A stretch of DNA of 64,000 nucleotides from assembly GCF_040938485.1 (NCBI RefSeq), contig NW_027271384.1:1674001-1738000 (forward strand), given 5' to 3'. The DNA comes from Diadema antillarum (Eukaryota). Below the pieces are notes generated by a model. It was not told the origin of the DNA, made no database searches, and saw only the letters and a program-made list of their open reading frames with translations. Shown here piece by piece: positions 37,991 to 50,756 of the stretch; the stretch's first letter is position 1, and each line of letters opens with the position of its first letter. Both the position numbers and the translations under genes were made by a program.

Positions 37991-38737
37991 ATGTTCATCA
38001 TGCAGAACATGATACTGCGATGTCTGACCAGCACACGAGGCACCAACCTCGCAGGAATAACAAGACAACTATCAATAGCAGGAAGGTCACAAGTGATACC
38101 TTGCAAATCATTACAGGACACGTTAAACCCCAAATTTGGGTGTTTAATCCCAAGGACATGTGTGCTGTATCAAATCTCAAACCAAAACTTCATGCGATGC
38201 CAACCTGTATCAACTCTTTTCATGAGGCACCAACAGGAGCAGAATGGTGTCCCCTCCCAAGAAACACTTCCAGAGTTCATCCCCTTCTACCGCCTCCCTT
38301 CTATCGTTGGGTTGCGGGTACTATCTAGAGTCAAGATCGCCCAGACCTGTCTCACTCTTGCAATACTCCCACCACTCGGCTACTATCACTCTCTTGGCGT
38401 GGTAGCAACTTGGCAGCTGCAGTTTTGTATTGGCACAGCAACATTTGCCCTCTTCATGCTGTATGCCATGAGCTTCTACCTTCGCAGAGTAATCGGAGCA
38501 ATGTACATGCACAAAAAAGGACATGTCATCAAAGTGTCGCACCTGAGTTTCTGGGGCACCCGACAGGATCTCCTTGTTCCAGTGAACGATATTGTTCCTC
38601 TTGGTGAAGGGGGCAATAAAGAAGGAGAAATCGTGAAGAAACTTGAACGATACAGCACCAAACAGACATTGTATTACACCTTGCGATATGGACGTGTGAT
38701 CAATCCAGAAGCATTTGAAGAGGCATTTGGGTCCTGA
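37991..38737 (+). CDS. TMEM186: Transmembrane protein 186 (mitochondrial complex I assembly MCIA component), single coding exon, 248 aa from the first in-frame ATG
   Basis: YRLPSIVGLRVLSRVKIAQT, two TM segments, RRVIGAMY...KVSHLSFWGTRQD, TLYYTLRYGRVINPEAF; acceptor tctatttgcag ends at 37968. Confidence 0.9.
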   Translation: MFIMQNMILRCLTSTRGTNLAGITRQLSIAGRSQVIPCKSLQDTLNPKFGCLIPRTCVLYQISNQNFMRCQPVSTLFMRHQQEQNGVPSQETLPEFIPFYRLPSIVGLRVLSRVKIAQTCLTLAILPPLGYYHSLGVVATWQLQFCIGTATFALFMLYAMSFYLRRVIGAMYMHKKGHVIKVSHLSFWGTRQDLLVPVNDIVPLGEGGNKEGEIVKKLERYSTKQTLYYTLRYGRVINPEAFEEAFGS

Positions 38738-38879
38738 CATTGTCACTAATCCTGTTTAAGAGAAGATGTCATGAAGGACTAACTCTCCATCTGTTTGGTT
38801 AAAGACAGTGATTCCTTATCAACTAAAAGTAGCAACAAAAAAAAAGCTGCAGAAAATGCTGACTAAATCAATAGTAGTG

Positions 38880-39290
38880 AGCCAATGGAGTGAAATGGAA
38901 TCAAAAGGGGCCTGAGCTTTCGATCCTAGCAGAATCAGCATCAGAGGCAAAATGACAAACAAACCGGGAAAGCAATCACATAATTATAAGGACTTCACAC
39001 AACAAGCACAGTCAGGAGAGGGCTTTAGGGACACCGAACAAAGAAAACAAAAGGGGTGGGTTTGAAGTCAAAGGCAGGGAGCCAAATGGGTAAGGGAGGG
39101 GGATTAAAGCAAGGGGTGAACAGACAAAAGGCAGAGGTGGGGCCCCCCAGATGATCCCAGAATCATTGGGGACAACCTGTGAAGGATATAGATGAATAGG
39201 GAGGCAACATCAAAAAAGATAAGAAATAATAGAATGATGAAGAATAGGAAAAGAGTGAATAGCAACAATATCAACTATTTGTAATGACCA
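38880..39290 (-). mobile_element. Penelope-like pseudo-LTR / 3' terminal remnant
   Basis: Pyrimidine-rich minus-strand tract ending in a hammerhead-type motif typical of PLE termini. Confidence 0.55.
38910..38948 (-). ncRNA. Minimal type-I hammerhead ribozyme motif with a core substitution (CUGAUGC)
   Basis: GCCT-CTGATGC-T-GATTC-tgcta-GGATC-GAAAGCTC-AGGC: stem I GCCT/AGGC, 5-bp stem II, palindromic AGCT stem III, UC cleavage site. Confidence 0.7.
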
Positions 39291-40041
39291 GTTGATGCTC
39301 TCAATGGCTGCTCAGAGGTTGTGTGTTTTTGCTTTTTAATGCTTTCATTCTAGAATTGTTTTTCATTTTATTAGTTTCTCTGATAAAGCCAGTTTTCTGT
39401 GCCTTAGCCTCTCCATTCATAAGCAAGTGTGAATGATGTGAGTCTCACAAATATTAAAGTTGTTCCTCATCTTGATGGGACCATGATGAAAGAAGCTTAT
39501 TGTTTGCTGGCTTGTTATGATTTTGTTTTATACACGTGTATATGATTATATCTGAGTAAATATACATACAATTTGTACATTGAATATAATGTTGATTGTG
39601 TGTGCAATTCTTTACACCTGTGGCAAATCTTTGGTTTCTTAATACTGAAATAACATACAGAGTAGCAAATGTTATGGAAAGATGTCATAGCAGTGTAGTT
39701 TTCAAATAATAAAAGTTGTCTTTACACATGTACAATTTGTACATACTGCATCATGTCTACATGAAGTATGCATGTATTTCTCTTCATAATTTGATTAAAT
39801 TACAGATGGTTTGTAGATACGTCTTAGTGTAAAAAGCAACAATGAAAACAAAACAACATTCAGGACAGCTTTGCAATCACTTCAAAATAATAGTCATGCA
39901 TGTACGTATAAGGAAATAGACAAATTAATACCATTTGGTCATCATCAGAGCTCTTGTAATTATTATTGTGTATCTTAGAAGTCCAGGGGTACATTTTATG
40001 AAGAATTTTGTCAGATATTTTGTTTCTAACAAATTTGCTCT

Positions 40042-40188
40042 CTCCCAATAAATGCAGGGATTTCAGTAGTTTATAACAGTGTGTCAGAAAAAAAAACCTG
40101 ACAAAATGCTTCATTGCTCCCCCAATAAATGAGGGGTTTCCGTAGCTATAACAGTTTGTCAGAAAAAAAATCTGACAAAATGCTTCAT
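40042..40188. repeat. ~75-bp tandem duplication
   Basis: aataaatg..gg.tttc.gtag..tataacagt.tgtcagaaaaaaaa.ctgacaaaatgcttcat occurs twice. Confidence 0.8.
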
Positions 40189-40639
40189 GAAGTGCCACCC
40201 CCCCCCCCCCCCCCAACTTAAAAAACAGAAATTAACATTTTAGGCATTTGTATTGCATTCTTAGCTATTCAGAACTTTTTTTGGGGGGGAGGGGGGGGGG
40301 TTTCATGTACACGTAGTTGCAAAGGCAGTACACTTTTGAGATTTTTCTTTCTCAATTTTTTTTTCCTTCAAATGTGATCTTCATGATTTATGTTTATTTT
40401 GCAATGAATGCCTCTGAAAAATCTGACAGACTAGCTTGTGCCAACTCACAAACTCTTTCTGAAAGCTGTGTAATATGAAATGAACTGACATGGATATGTG
40501 CAACACATGATTATGTGAGTGTCCATTAAAAGAAAGTCTTTTAAGCATTTTCTAAATACAGACATGCAATATACTTTGTGATGGTGTCACAAAATCATGC
40601 ATATGCTATGCTGCTTACACAATGCATTGTACTTTGTAT

Positions 40640-40642
<3 letters not shown>

Positions 40643-40692
<50 letters not shown>
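40643..40692. repeat. (CA)n microsatellite
   Basis: Direct inspection. Confidence 0.95.
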
Positions 40693-40694
<2 letters not shown>

Positions 40695-41624
40695 AAACAA
40701 ACTACATGTACATGCCATAAAAAACACTCGAATTAAAATTATGATTTATTGAATGAGAGTTCTGGGTACGGAACTGAAATTATATCAACCAAGAACTACT
40801 GTATAATGCTTTGTTTTTAAGAGCATGTTGAGTTTACAATATGACTCCATAATTACAATTGATTGATAAATTGCTCTATGACAACCTAAATCAGCACTGA
40901 TTATATATCATGGCTCATACTAAAACACTGAATAATTGGTGCTTATTTATATGGACAAAGGGCAATTTGTCAATCAATTGCAATAAAAAAACTTGGTGGA
41001 AGAATTCTTCTAATAACTGTAATGTCAAAGAAAATACTAATGCAATATTTTTTGTGTACAAAATATTGCTGATTCCATATTTTATTTTGATGAAATCAAA
41101 TACAGTGTAAACTATCTCCACAGCAGATCTTGCTAGACCTGAAAAATGGTGTCAATACATATGTATGAACAGGTGTGTATGCATGTATAAATGTGTGTGT
41201 GTGTGTGTGTGTGCATGTGTGTGTGTGTGTGCATGTGTGTGTGTGTGCATGGATATATTATTCATACTATATATATATACATACACGTAGGCCTTCATAA
41301 TTATATAATATAAGTAATTCGTAGTCCACATGTTGGTCAAACATACCACTAGCAGAGAACTGAAAAATTCCTCCAGAAACTTATCATGCTGTATACATAT
41401 TTTCTGGTACCTTGCCTTTTGTAAAGTGATTGACCAAGGGCAAGGTGCCCGAAATTTGTGTGCCACGTATTGAAAATACATTGTAAATTGTTGGTGTACA
41501 GCATGATAAATTTCCGGATTAATTTTTCTGTTCTCCTGTTATCTATAAATAATGTTTAGATGAATTAACCAAGTTGACTGATATCCGAGACATTAGCAAT
41601 TGACTAGACTATTGCCACCGGTAC

Positions 41625-41833
41625 TACTGTAAAACGAGAAATTTTCGCGTGCATTTTAATTTCGCGAATTTCGCGAGCGCCAAAATTCGCGAAATTAAAA
41701 TGCACGCGAAAGCTTTTGTCTACACTACATGCATTGAATGCCAGTAGCAATTCGCGAAAATTTCATGCCACGAAAAAGGCTTTCAGCTCCAATTTGCGAA
41801 AATTTCATGCCGCGAATATTTCATGTTTTACAG
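41625..41833. mobile_element. TACTGTA-family MITE
   Basis: tactgtaaaac...ttcgcg repeats...gttttacag. Confidence 0.8.
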
Positions 41834-41933
41834 AGCTGTACCACCATAACAAAAATGCGAAAATACTTTCTATGATGTGAAAGTTTACAGTTGCAAGTCC
41901 TGATCAGGAAATATATAAACTTTTGACATAGAA

Positions 41934-42393
41934 CAGTGGCGGATTCAGGTGGGGGCGCACCGGGTGTGCATCCCCTCTTTATTTTTTATTAAAACTAAAG
42001 AAATTTAAAAAAGAATGCGCCCCCTCCCCTTTAATTTTGTAAAGGCAATCCCCTTTTATGGAATTCCTGGATCCGCCCCTGCGCCCCTGTAGTATATGTG
42101 GGGATGTATCGTACGTGTACTAGTATAGAAATTATGTTTAAAATACTAGTATACACTCGTTGCATTAAAGCTCCCTCGCACCGGGTGTGCATCCCCTCTT
42201 TATTTTTTATTAAAACTAAAGAAATTTTAAAAAAAGAATGCGCCCCCTCCCCTTTAATTTTGTAAAGGCAACCCCCTTGTGGAATTCCTGGATCCACCCC
42301 TGCGCCCCTGTAGTATGCGGGGATGTATCATACATGTACTAGTATAGAAATTATGTTTAAAATACTAGTATACACTCGTCGCATTAAAGCTCC
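41934..42393. mobile_element. CAGTGGCGGA-type MITE (41934-42081) involved in a ~220-bp tandem duplication (41957-42177 / 42178-42393)
   Basis: Same family as 20954-21133, opposite orientation; the duplicated unit includes flanking DNA. Confidence 0.85.
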
Positions 42394-42529
42394 GGCATGC
42401 CAAAGCTCCCTCCCCGTCACCCCCACCACTCCACCCCCTGCCCCGCGCGCACCCCGCCCCATACCAGGTGCCCTGTCGAAATCGGCTCGCAATCGCTCGA
42501 CGTTCGTGCAATCATTCTGCCAGTACACC

Positions 42530-42601
42530 ATGCCAGCTCAGAGCGAGGCGATTCATCAATATGCGATCGAAATCGATAGTTTCGTGTCCACCATCATAGA
42601 C
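42530..42601 (+). CDS. ASB7: Putative ASB7 first coding exon (MPAQSEAIHQYAIEIDSFVSTIID), or a 38-aa uORF (42530-42646) if the distal donor is used
   Basis: accATG start; GAC|gtaagc donor in phase 0 with the acceptor at 43406; second donor TA|gtaagt at 42698. Confidence 0.4.
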
Positions 42602-43406
42602 GTAAGCAACAAAACACGTAAATTTCAGAGAGAAGTTGAGAAGTAATTCCCCCGTGAAGGCCTCATCTATGACCTAAACAGCTTCATCGTTTATGTAGTA
42701 AGTATATTTCACACCGTTTACTTTCATCTGTGCTTGTCTAGATCTACAGAGACGAGGCATAATGAAACAACACAGAATATCAAGCATCGGTCATCGCACC
42801 GATAAGTTAATGAGACGAGAGACATCCGATCTGTGTAGTCCCATATGCACACTTTTGTGTCTGTGTACTTTCATCTCGAGTTATTTGTAAATATGTAACC
42901 AGAAATTTGGGCTTCTTCTCCCTCAATCGTCTCCTAACCATGTCATGCCTCCGTAAATTAAATAGCCATTATTGATTTTAGCCACATTTACCATCAGTGT
43001 GTCATTCAATAAATGATGTATTAAAAGGGAAAGGAACAAGCTTCTTGTATTGTAATGTAAATAAGCTGACTCAGTGACTGCTTGGTGTAGGAACCTATTC
43101 ACGTTAGATCTAAACTATAAATTTTTAAGAATAAAGTTGATCATTCCTACCCTACAAAATTGACAAAGGCTCAAAGCATATTGCATAATTATAATTTTAT
43201 GTATTCTCCTACACTCGCATCATGACTTTCACAATACCATGTCAAAAAATGTTAGTTTGCTCTCACTAGGCCTATATCACTTATCAGCTCAGATGGCTGA
43301 AATGCTTGTGTTGATACGTGTTGTGGCAAACTTGTTGATGATTGATTTGGTAACCTGTGCAGTGTTAATTGCCTGAGTATGGTTGGTCCTCTGCTCACAT
43401 TGTCAG

Positions 43407-43635
43407 AGAAGGATGAGGGTTCTTACCCGGAAGGGGGCCCGGCGGCTAAGCTGCATGGACCCAATCAACCAGGAGGCGCGCCAGGCAGTCGCCGTGGGCA
43501 ACGTCAAGCGTGTGAAGGAGCTGCTTTCAATCGGCCTGTCTCCCAATGAGGCAGACTGTAATGGCTGGACCCTGCTACACTTGGCCTCTTCTCGTGGGAG
43601 GGAACGAGTCCTGAGGGCACTATTGGAGCACGACG
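43407..43635 (+). CDS. ASB7: ASB7 exon, first ankyrin repeats (in-frame ATGs at 43413 and 43455)
   Basis: QAVAVGNVKRVKELL..GLSPNEADCNGWTLLHLASSRGRERVLRALLEH closely matches human ASB7; G|gtgaga donor. Confidence 0.92.
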
Positions 43636-44169
43636 GTGAGAGATCGCTGCATATTTCAGCACACAACCATCTTGACAGCATGCTATTACAACATTATCAT
43701 CATCAAATCAAAGTCATGCCTCTGGCACTTTGGATCATATTCTCAATCACCATTCCCATGGTTATCAAGCAAGTGGAGAGTGCTTGGAGAGATTCTCACC
43801 ATATTAAAATCTGCCAGATCATGTCTCTGTAATCTCTTTCCCATAGATGATGTGAATGTATGCAATATGCTTTACACACTGATGAGAAAATGAGTGATGC
43901 TCTTCCAGTAAGGTCTTAGTTTCTTGAAGTCTTCACTGAACAGATATGTCTCTTTACAAATGTCCAGTACATTGATACTACAATAATTGTAGTTAGGCAC
44001 AATATTTTAGATATTGCTCACCAGTATAAAAACACTCTCATGAAGAGATATTGCTCACCGGTTTAAAAACACTAAATGTTACAATTTCTTTTGTGGCTGT
44101 CTTATGCATTATTATGTTATCCTACAGGATGTATTTCTTCTTCATGTATAACTTCTCATATTACCTCAG

Positions 44170-44781
44170 GTTGCCCTAGTGCTAAAGATGGTATTGGAGG
44201 ATTCACATGTCTGCACTATGCTGCGATGCATGGAAGAACAAGACTTGCCCAGCTCCTTTTGGAGTACGACATGGACGATAAGTATGATTTAGTGAACTCG
44301 CCCAGCTCAGACGGCTGGACACCGCTCCATGTGGCGGCCCACTATGGTAGGGAATCGTTCGTAAGGATGTTACTTCAACATGGAGCACGTGTGGAGGCGC
44401 TAAGCACAAAGGGTACCAGCCCTCTCCAGCTGGCAATCATTCGGGAGAAACTGCCATGCGTCAAACTCCTCCTGAACTACGGCTCAGACATCGACATACA
44501 GAGTGGCTTCCCGCTGCGGTACACCATCTTGAAAGGGAACACGGCCCTGGCCAGGCTCTTGCTGAATCATGGCGCAAACCCCAACCTGGGGAGGACTGAA
44601 GATGGGCAGACGCCCCTACATTTGTCGGCGATGAAGGATGATGTGGACTGCTGCTCATTGCTTTGTATGTTTGGGGCTGACAGTCATGCCCTCAACGACG
44701 AGGGGAAGACCCCATTGTCCATGTATAAAACCCTTATGGAAGATGCAGGACCTTGCATGTCAGTACTTACATCAGCCTCGA
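44170..44781 (+). CDS. ASB7: ASB7 main ankyrin exon
   Basis: GGFTCLHYAAMHGR, DGWTPLHVAAHYGRESFVR, KGTSPLQLAIIRE, LGRTEDGQTPLHLSA; phase 1 to 1. Confidence 0.97.
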
Positions 44782-45301
44782 GTAAGTAAAAAAAATAAAT
44801 AAATGCATCTGTTACATATTCTATGTTTTTACTTTCTCAGAATGAGTATCCAGTTCGGCAGACCAGTGCCCGTTTCAAGATAAATGTAGAATGTTTAATG
44901 TGGATTACAATAAGTTACAGCAGTAATGGTTGAATGAATAACTGTTTGTGAATGCCTAGTATACATTTAGTTGGAAAGTGGCATCATGTTTGATCTGTGA
45001 CTAAGAGTATATCTTGGTTTCAAGGGATATTTCAACAGCATGTGCTTAGTGAACTTTTGAAGTGATAAAAGAATAAGCGATCAAAATAACAATTAGCCAT
45101 CACCCTCCTTTTCAGAGGTTTCTAGCTACCTTTTCTCATCAGAAGAAAGATGTTCTGCTGTAAAGATGTTCTCCTGTATAAATCATTCAGTACATGACAA
45201 AGTTGACATATCTGATCATGCCACAAAGCCACTGTAAAAACTGAAAAGGAAAACCAGTATGATGCACTTGTTCATTGGTTTTGTATATTTTTGCCCACCA
45301 G

Positions 45302-45438
45302 GAAACCCGCGATCTCTCCAAGACCACTGTCGTCTCGTCATCCGACGGTCCCTAGGTCAGCAGCGACTTTGCCACATCAGCGACCTGCCCATAGCCAATG
45401 TTGTGAAGAGCTATGTCAGATACAAGGACGATTTTTGA
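45302..45438 (+). CDS. ASB7: ASB7 SOCS-box exon (RNPRSLQDHCRLVIRRSLG...DLPIANVVKSYVRYKDDF*)
   Basis: BC-box and cullin-box; ccaccag acceptor, TGA at 45436. Confidence 0.95.
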
Positions 45439-47281
45439 CAGACTGACTCCAATCGTACGCACTACGTCGCTGATGCCAAAGTAACTGCCAGAATGTCTGA
45501 AGCGCTGCAGAATGTATAGGTTGACTTATGAGCCTGTGTCTGTGATGGAACTGCAACGCAACACTTGCTGTGTAACAGTCCATAGGGCACATCGCGCAAC
45601 AGAGCTGGTTCTGGGCTTTGCTGAATGATGCTGAAATCGCTGCTGCTCGATGATCCATCTTCAACATCTCTGTGTTTTTGCATGCTTTATGATCAGCATA
45701 AAAAAATTGTATTGCATGTAGCTGAATTCCAGCCTGAATTATTGCTTCTATAAATATGACAAACTGTATGCAAATAAGCCTAACCCAGTAAACATTATTC
45801 ATCAACCCGCCTATTGATGAATATGCAAACCAGTAGATGTATGTACTGTACGAGCTGAAATTTTTGTGCGCAGATATAATCATCGCAAATTACAACTTGT
45901 CAGACATTTTTGCATGTTGTTAATTTGTGTTTCCCAAGGGTCTAGAAATCATTACTTCACCTTTCACAAATGAATAAAGATAAGTAACAAACAACAATAC
46001 TTGTATTGACCCTTTTTACTTGATAATTGTCTGTACATAAACAAGTACTGTCTTCTGCATTCAAAGTACTGTACTAGCATGTTATGCCCCAGATATCCCT
46101 GCGTCATGGCCCATGCAGCATGCTAAAACCACAGTAGTTACTAGTTGCACACGATCTAGAGGTGGCATAGCTTCGTTTCTTTTAGAAATGATATTTTTGT
46201 GCCTTTTAATATTCATGCATTGTTATTTTTTTGCAGTTTATAAGCTCTTTGCAAAATTCATAAAAATGAAACAACCACATAAATTTCAGCTTGTACAGTA
46301 TTGAACATTACTACTCTCTTGAATTGTTTTTATATATATAGAACAGACACACACAGGACTTCATGAGTGAACCAGTACCCATCCTTCTCAGACTTGACTT
46401 GCAAGTGTTCAAGTGTAAGAAGAGTGCTAGTGTCCACGTTTGTTATAATTGACCTATTATGGGCTTTGTTTCCATTTTGCAGTGTTGTTTCTTGTGAGTT
46501 CTACCCTTCTCAACAAGTTTTCACAGTGTATTAGGGTGGATATCCGAGTGCAGCATTGCATTCTTCCATCTCCTCCACTTTGCTTCTCATCAGATAGTGA
46601 GAATGTGTCAATGGTTGTCATGTTTGCGGGGGCTTGAACTCATAAATTCCTCAATATCAGACCCTCTTATAGCATGAAAGAACGCTGAGTATACACTTCC
46701 TGGATGATAAGCAATAAGGTCAGTCATTGTGGTCACACACACGCAACACAGATGAAGGAAGAATGAAGATCTTTGTATGTATGTCCTTCACAAAGCCCTA
46801 CCCTGCAAAGGATTTGACTATTGGTGTGTACTACTTTAACTGGCAAACTTAAAATATAATTTCCACCATACTTCAGCAGTCACATGAAAGAGACTATCCA
46901 GGAATGCCATTTGTAACAGTAATCGAATACAATGTACAACCACCTGGAAAACTTCACCTGTGGATCTTGCATGTCTGGAATTTAACAAGGAATGAATATC
47001 GCATTGCTTCATGCATATCCTGGTCTTTTTCTCATTAAGAAAAGTAGAAGAAAACTTGAAGACTGACAAAACAGTGATTAGACAGTGAAATGCAAAGAAT
47101 CATGCACAAAAAGAAAAGCAAAATTTGTGCGGTCATGGTACCCAATCCCAACATTTTGTGATATCAGTTGAAATATTACCTACCAGTATCTCTTGGTGAT
47201 AGATTTATTTCAAAGCAATTGAAGAATTTTTCTTGTAATAGCCAGTCCAATCACAAGTTGGTATTTGAATTCCTCTAAATA

Positions 47282-48143
47282 CAGTGTACAACAGAAGTGA
47301 GTACACCCCATGTGAACATTTAAAAATTTGAATGTAATTCTTTAAATTATTTGTTTTATCTCACAAGTCTAGCAGAGATTGTAAAAATGGCATTGACTGA
47401 TATGACTTGAGACAGAAAACTAGTATTTATAACCTTAATTTTGAAATATTATGCATACCTGAGAAAATACTGGCAACAAAAGTGAGTACACCCTGTGTAA
47501 TATTTGCATGGAAACATTGTTAAATCTGGGGTTTTGTGGTCAACAGCACTGGTCATAATTTTCCTTAGCACAAAAAACATGTTGATATATGACATGGCAC
47601 TGCCTTATAATGCCCCTCCGTATTCTTTTGTCTGTGTTTCACTCCTGTTTGATGACTTCTTGGAGTGGTCAGGGTTTGACTCACTTTAATTCTTGTATTC
47701 CTCTGTGCATTACTACTGGTGTGACTAGTGTGGTCAGGAGAAATCATCGAACATGCAACTGACTCCCTTGCTAACTTTTTAGAAAAGCAGTTACATGCAT
47801 GGAACACAAACTCAAGGTCACTACCATGTAATATCAACATGTTTTTTATGCTAAGGAAAATTATGGCAAATGCTGGGACCATAAAACTCCAGATTTGATC
47901 ATATTTAAATGCAAATATTACACATGGTGTACTTGCTTTTGTTGCCACTATTTTCATGAAATATGCATAATATTTCATAATTAAGGTTATGAATACACCT
48001 GTACTAGTTTTTGCCCAATTCCTATCACGCCAGGTCCTTTTTACAATCTCTGTGAGACTTGTTATCTAAAATCAACAACTTGAAGAATTACATTCGAATT
48101 TCCAGATGCTCATGTGGGGTGTACTCACTTCTGTTGGATACTG
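47282..48143. mobile_element. Tc1 IR/DR-type deletion derivative, ~330-bp TIRs, TA TSD
   Basis: TA|cagtg ... actg|TA; the aagtgagtacacc direct repeat occurs at the outer and inner ends of each TIR. Confidence 0.85.
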
Positions 48144-49403
48144 TATCAGTTCGCACAAGTGAAAAATGACAGCTGTAGTACAGCAATGTGCAAATTCACA
48201 CATAACATATTAATCCACCTCAACAATGCAGCTGATGTTGAAAATACATGGTAATACCTAGAGGATACAGTATAAACTGGCACTCCCCCAGAAAAGTGTT
48301 AATATCAACATGGTATGTTAGAGGTCAAAGGTTACCATGTGAAGAATATTGGGGGATATCAAATAAATGAAAGTTTGCAACTGATTGACAAATTGCCCTA
48401 CATCGACGGGAAAATTAAAGTTTATTTGTGAGAATGAACTGAGGAACGCACTGCTGAATTACTGTCAAATTTAGCTGCAAGAAAAGAACATTTCTTGCAT
48501 CATATTGTTGGCCTCATGAAGTCATTGTTCATGATGGTTGCATTTACAAATTGAAGAATTGAATGAACTGGTTATACTTCCCTTCATTATTTCTCTCGTC
48601 ATGATAATGTCAGCAGTTTGAAATGAGCTGGTCATGTGAATTGAATATTGCAATGTATAAAAGGTCCTTTTCATTTACCTGTCATGATATTATATTATAG
48701 TTTAGCCATGCTGATTTTCTGACAGAGATTAACCTCTAATTACATTTATACCGGGATACTTTATTTGGTTATTTACTGCTGAATTCAATTAAGTGTACCA
48801 ATGGTGCTCATTTGTCCTGCATTAACAAGGATCATTAATTTCTCTTTGAATTCTTGAATTCATTGTCATCTTCATCAGAAAATATCAAGTCTTTGTGTCA
48901 GCTGACTGTCATATATGAGAGTTTTCTGGGTAACTAGTAGAGGATAGACTCCTGCAGATTTTGGAAAAATTTGCAATATTTGATGTGCTCAATGACGACT
49001 GGTTGATATCAAGACTAGCTTGCCCCAAGAGGTATATCCTTTTTAAGTTTATCAGCAGAAATTAATGCATTTTTTCCCTGCAGAATGTGTAAATGACTTG
49101 CTCTGTCCAGCTTCATGGATTGCAGATGTTGCATTGGTGTATGTGTGTGAGCTGATAAATTGATCTGCCCTTGTGTTAGAAAAACGAAGCATATTGTCTA
49201 TTAAACTGTCATTCTCATTGTATACAACCATACTTCATCCTCTAGTAAAGTCATGTTACATGTATTAAAATTGTCTCTCAGTGCAATTCAGTTTTGTCTT
49301 TCTAACACGTACAGCCTGATAAGTATCAGTTAATGAGAGATATGTGAGAATCTTGTATTGATTCTTCATGCGAAGCGCTTTGAAAGGCAGATTGCTCGTA
49401 TGT

Positions 49404-49662
49404 ATATATGAAGGCTTTGTTTGCAAAAACCGATAAGTCCATTTTTGAAGATTTTTAAGTACGATCTCTGTCATAAAGTACAAAATAATACCTTTTAAAT
49501 GATATATTGGTCACTACATATAAAGGTATACTTTTTAAGTTATGGTAAAAAAAAACAACATTTTTCTTATTATTTTCTTTATTTTTCTTGACCTTTAATC
49601 GCAAATATCTCCATTTGGCAAATATGGACTTATCGGTTTTTGCAAACAAACTCTTCATATAT
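49404..49662. mobile_element. MITE with ~40-bp TIR in TA-rich flanks; right end abuts the gap
   Basis: atatatgaag..tttgtttgcaaaaaccgataagtccat occurs inverted at both ends. Confidence 0.75.
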
Positions 49663-49801
49663 NNNNNNNNNNNNNNNNNNNNNNNNNNNNNNNNNNNNNN
49701 NNNNNNNNNNNNNNNNNNNNNNNNNNNNNNNNNNNNNNNNNNNNNNNNNNNNNNNNNNNNNNNNNNNNNNNNNNNNNNNNNNNNNNNNNNNNNNNNNNNN
49801 N
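49663..49801. other. Assembly gap (N run)
   Basis: 139 N. Confidence 1.
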
Positions 49802-50041
49802 ACAAAATCAACCAAGGTGTAAAATCATACTAAACTTAACTAACCTTCAAGATATTCAATTCTATACATTCAAAAATATTTAAATATAACAATAACTACA
49901 AAACATATACAAAATTACAACACATTTCTAACAAATACCAAATGATAAAATCAAAATAATGTTATAATAATACAATCACAGAACGGAACTTACTCTGTTG
50001 CTGCTGAGTATGGGCTTATATGTGTATAATTATAATATATA

Positions 50042-50073
<32 letters not shown>

Positions 50074-50100
50074 GATATATAGATATAGATATATATAATG

Positions 50101-50756
50101 CACTCAACCAAAAAAGTAAGTTCCCCCTAGCATTTTTAGATATATCTCAAAAAGCATTTTACTGATTTTCATGATTCAAACGGAAATGGATAGGGAGTTT
50201 TATTACTCATAACATGAATGGCATATCATTGCCACCAGGTATCATTATTGGTGTGAAAAAAATGCATTTTATGTCGAAATGCATGGGAAAAAAGTTGCAC
50301 TTAACGTTATATGAAGCATATTGTGTACACATCCTATGCAAGTTAGCAAATGACCTTTTTAAATTGTTATGTAATTCTCAGGAATTTCTTCAGGTACAAT
50401 GTGCTTCCCTATTAAACAGATGTTATGCATACTTTTTAAACAATAGGCCTTTTCAATATGAAAATGTTGGTAGAAGCCATGTGCTTTTTAATTCCAATTT
50501 GGGTTGATCACATTAATGTGCTTATGGCCATTTTGCATCATGCCGCGTCTGCAAATTTTTGAAAGAGGGAGAGCTACAGTGTTCCTTGAAGCTGGGGTTC
50601 GGGTTAAGGAGGTGGCCAGGAGACTAGGGGTTTCGCTCAATGCCATAAGGAAACTTAAAAGTTCAGAATCATGAGTGATTGTTTGATTGACATAAAATGC
50701 ATTTTTTTTTCCACACCAATAGTGATATCTGGTGGCAATGATATGTCATTCATGTT
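50101..50756 (+). mobile_element. Tc1 deletion derivative retaining the transposase N-terminal HTH (50540-50674); right TIR truncated
   Basis: MPRLQIFERGRATVFLEAGVRVKEVARRLGVSLNAIRKLK; 50211-50275 is inverted at 50689-50756. Confidence 0.8.

Noticed and set aside
38321-38746. 141-aa minus-strand ORF
   Set aside because: Antisense to the TMEM186 CDS, no independent signal.
48500-49250. Possible decayed L1-like coding remnant
   Set aside because: No diagnostic motif recoverable by eye.
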